A DNA stretch of 64,000 bases from positions 576-64,575 of the forward strand of contig JAHCRG010000004.1 of assembly GCA_020148045.1 (NCBI GenBank), in the 5' to 3' direction. The translations under genes were made by a program, and so were the position numbers. The stretch is from Patescibacteria group bacterium (GTDB lineage Bacteria; Patescibacteriota; Minisyncoccia; Minisyncoccales; GWA2-38-27). Below, one piece after another: positions 62,152-64,000 of the stretch (positions are counted from its first letter, which is position 1; every line of letters starts with the position of its first letter). The notes beneath the pieces were generated by a model, which worked only from the letters and a program-made list of their open reading frames with translations, was not told the origin of the DNA and ran no database searches.

Positions 62152-63060
62152 ATGTTAACATCATTTAAGAGAATAATTAAAACCGGTTGGAAGGGTTTTT
62201 CACGGAACATTGGTTTGAGTATAGCAACTATATTAATTATGGTAATGGTTATTTCTCTGGCAACCTTGCTTTTTCTTTTAAACCCAGCTTCCAAGATTTT
62301 AATTTCTGGTTTGCAGGAAAAGGTTGACATTTCCGTCTATTTTGGAGAAGATGTTTTACCAGAGGATATTTGGGAAGTTAAATCAGAGATTTCTAGAATT
62401 CCTGAGGTCAAAGATATTGAATATGTTTCCAGAGAACAAGCCCTTGAGAAATTTATTGAAAAGCACAGAGACGACCCGGTTTTAATGGAGTCATTAACAG
62501 AGGTTGGCTACAATCCCTTTTTGGCTTCTTTAAATATTAAGGCCTGGCAGGTCTCTCAATACGAGCAAGTTACCAATTTTTTAGAAACAGGTCCTTTTAG
62601 AAATTTAATTGACAAGGTTGATTATCACCAAAGAAAGCCAGTAATTGAGAAGGTCTTTTCAGTAACTTCTGGTATTAATAAAGTAGGAATTTTCTTTAGC
62701 ATAATTTTTGGAGCAATCGCTATCTTAGTTGCTTTCAACACCATCAGAATAGCAATTTATAATTCAAGCGAGGAGATTTCAATTATGAGGTTGGTTGGCG
62801 CTTCAAACTGGTTTGTTAGAGGACCATTTTTAATCCAAGGAGCAATCGTTGGATTTATTGCCACTCTAATTACCCTTATAATAACTTTTGGCATTTGTTA
62901 TGGTCTTGACTCAAAAATCAGGGTAATTGCGCCTGAAATAAGCATTTTCAGCTTATTCCTCAGCAATTTCTGGACTCTAATCTTAATCCAACTCGCCACC
63001 GGCATCGGCCTGGGCATTCTCTCCAGCTTGATCGCCGTCAGGAAATACCTTAGAATCTAA
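62152..63060 (+). CDS. ftsX: Cell division permease-like protein FtsX
   Basis: The FKRIIKTGWKGFSRN N-terminus, one TM, a periplasmic domain, then 3 TM segments with MRLVGASNWFVRGPF. Confidence 0.85.
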   Translation: MLTSFKRIIKTGWKGFSRNIGLSIATILIMVMVISLATLLFLLNPASKILISGLQEKVDISVYFGEDVLPEDIWEVKSEISRIPEVKDIEYVSREQALEKFIEKHRDDPVLMESLTEVGYNPFLASLNIKAWQVSQYEQVTNFLETGPFRNLIDKVDYHQRKPVIEKVFSVTSGINKVGIFFSIIFGAIAILVAFNTIRIAIYNSSEEISIMRLVGASNWFVRGPFLIQGAIVGFIATLITLIITFGICYGLDSKIRVIAPEISIFSLFLSNFWTLILIQLATGIGLGILSSLIAVRKYLRI

Positions 63061-63063
63061 CAT

Positions 63064-63134
63064 TCCGGGGTCGTCTAGCGGTAGGACACATGGCCCTGGA
63101 CCATGTAACTTTGGTTCGAATCCAAACCCCGGAG
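63064..63134 (+). tRNA. tRNA-Gln (anticodon CTG)
   Basis: Acceptor TCCGGGG/CCCCGGA with U1-A72 and G73, D arm GTCT-AGCGGTA-GGAC, anticodon arm CATGG-CCCTGGA-CCATG, and T arm TTTGG-TTCGAAT-CCAAA. No CCA. Confidence 0.8.
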
Positions 63135-63141
63135 CTTTTTT

Positions 63142-63735
63142 ATGATTATTGCTTCTTTAGCCATTTCAATTGCTACTGCTTTAATTGAGCTTTTTACAAA
63201 AGGTAGAGGCATTGTTATTATTCCTTACGGCTTTGTTATACCTTTGCTAATTCTTCTGCCTCGTTTTTTTTATTACTTTGATGCAAAAATTAAAAAAACT
63301 GTTAAGGTTGAATGGATGAAAAAGATTGAGTATTTTGCTTTTTTCATAGTTCTTTTAAGTGCTCCTGCTAGTTTAATTCTCCATGACCTGGGCTTCCAAT
63401 ACGATAGGTTTCTTCATTTTGCTGTAGCTTTCTTTGCTTTAATAATTTTCTCATTGCTCTGGCTGCCTGTTATGAAGATAAGCGGGGAAGAAGTTAAAAA
63501 AAGAAACTTATTGCTTTACCTTTTTGCTGTTTTGTTTGTTGCTCTTTTTCTTTGGGAAATATTGCAGTATAACATTGATCAACTGTTTGGCACAAAACTG
63601 TTTTTTGACGCAAAACAAGAAATAAAGGTTGATTTTTTAGAAGATATCTTGTTTGGAGCAGCTGGATTGATTGCTGCTGTAATCTATCTTAACTTTTCCC
63701 TAAAAAAATTCTCAGGCCTTTTAATCTCCTCTTGA
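63142..63735 (+). CDS. Hypothetical polytopic membrane protein
   Basis: Five or six hydrophobic segments. No family recognised. Confidence 0.5.
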   Translation: MIIASLAISIATALIELFTKGRGIVIIPYGFVIPLLILLPRFFYYFDAKIKKTVKVEWMKKIEYFAFFIVLLSAPASLILHDLGFQYDRFLHFAVAFFALIIFSLLWLPVMKISGEEVKKRNLLLYLFAVLFVALFLWEILQYNIDQLFGTKLFFDAKQEIKVDFLEDILFGAAGLIAAVIYLNFSLKKFSGLLISS

Positions 63736-63804
63736 AATTTCCCCAAAATAGAGTTAAATAAAAAAGCCCTTCACGGGTTTTTTTGTTTCTTTGGTCTACT
63801 CGGG

Positions 63805-64000
63805 TTAATTTGGAGGATATAATTTTTTGATTAATTTAGGTAAAGGAGTAGAATCATCTAAAATAAGTTGGGTTGCATTTTTTCTCATAGATTTTTTAGC
63901 GGATTCTTTTTTAAACCACTTTGTCCAGGCACCGGAAAAACCATCTACTCTGCAGAGCATTAAACCACCCATATGTTTTTTGATTCTATTCTCAAGTTTA
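63805..64000 (-). CDS. 3' end of a minus-strand gene running off the window (hypothetical)
   Basis: The minus-strand frame reads ...KLENRIKKHMGGLMLCRVDGFSGAWTKWFKKESAKKSMRKNATQLILDDSTPLPKLIKKLYPPN, with the stop at 63805-63807. It converges on a shared A/T-flanked hairpin at about 63755-63785. Confidence 0.35.
   Translation of the reverse strand, partial: KLENRIKKHMGGLMLCRVDGFSGAWTKWFKKESAKKSMRKNATQLILDDSTPLPKLIKKLYPPN

Overview
AT-rich, very gene-dense window of about 70 genes, nearly all on the + strand. Many gene pairs overlap by 4-30 nt, which suggests translational coupling. Several traits suggest a small-genome Patescibacteria/CPR-type bacterium, though this is inference only: tRNAs without encoded CCA, a sigma-region-4-only HTH protein, an orphan TraD-like ATPase fused into a pgk operon, a CofE-like gene, and a compact RNase P RNA. 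The genetic code looks standard, because TGA is used as a stop and as the prfB frameshift codon.

Layout:
(1) nt 1-1397: 3' part of a secreted HExxH metallopeptidase with a peptidoglycan-binding domain.
(2) nt 1699-39547: one very large surface-glycan locus of about 45 genes. It holds a PseB/NeuB-type nonulosonic-acid module and an ABC (Wzm/Wzt-like) exporter. It also holds an unusual module made of a SIS isomerase, two dehydrogenases, a DHQ-synthase-like cyclase, a cytidylyltransferase, an HpcH aldolase, a YhcH protein and a radical-SAM enzyme. The rest comprises KpsS/TagF-like transferases, many GT2/GT4 glycosyltransferases and methyltransferases, Wzy-like and Wzz-like proteins, a PglC-type initiating transferase, a split transketolase, DegT and CapD enzymes, and a GT-C-like/GT2/flippase-like trio.
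(3) nt 39.6-64 kb: housekeeping genes, namely murB, hpf, secA, secD, secF, pgk, a recJ-like gene, rnhA, rnpB, murJ, an ftsB-like gene, tRNA-Gly/Thr/Gln, prfB (+1 frameshift) and ftsEX.

The most noteworthy observations are:
- the non-canonical sugar/cyclitol module (11563-17769);
- a strongly promoted monocistronic gene made of 12-13 tandem 33-nt (11-aa, Pro-punctuated, Ala-rich) repeats next to rnpB;
- a membrane protein plus TraD/TrwB-like ATPase pair with no other T4SS genes;
- a 15-codon polybasic mini-ORF plus a perfect terminator abutting the hpf start codon;
- a phase-locked trinucleotide repeat staircase in the leader of the glycan locus;
- a structured leader/sRNA upstream of murB;
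- a small-ORF pair, one with an in-frame TGA, just upstream of prfB.

All functional calls come from motif recognition by eye. No database search was possible.
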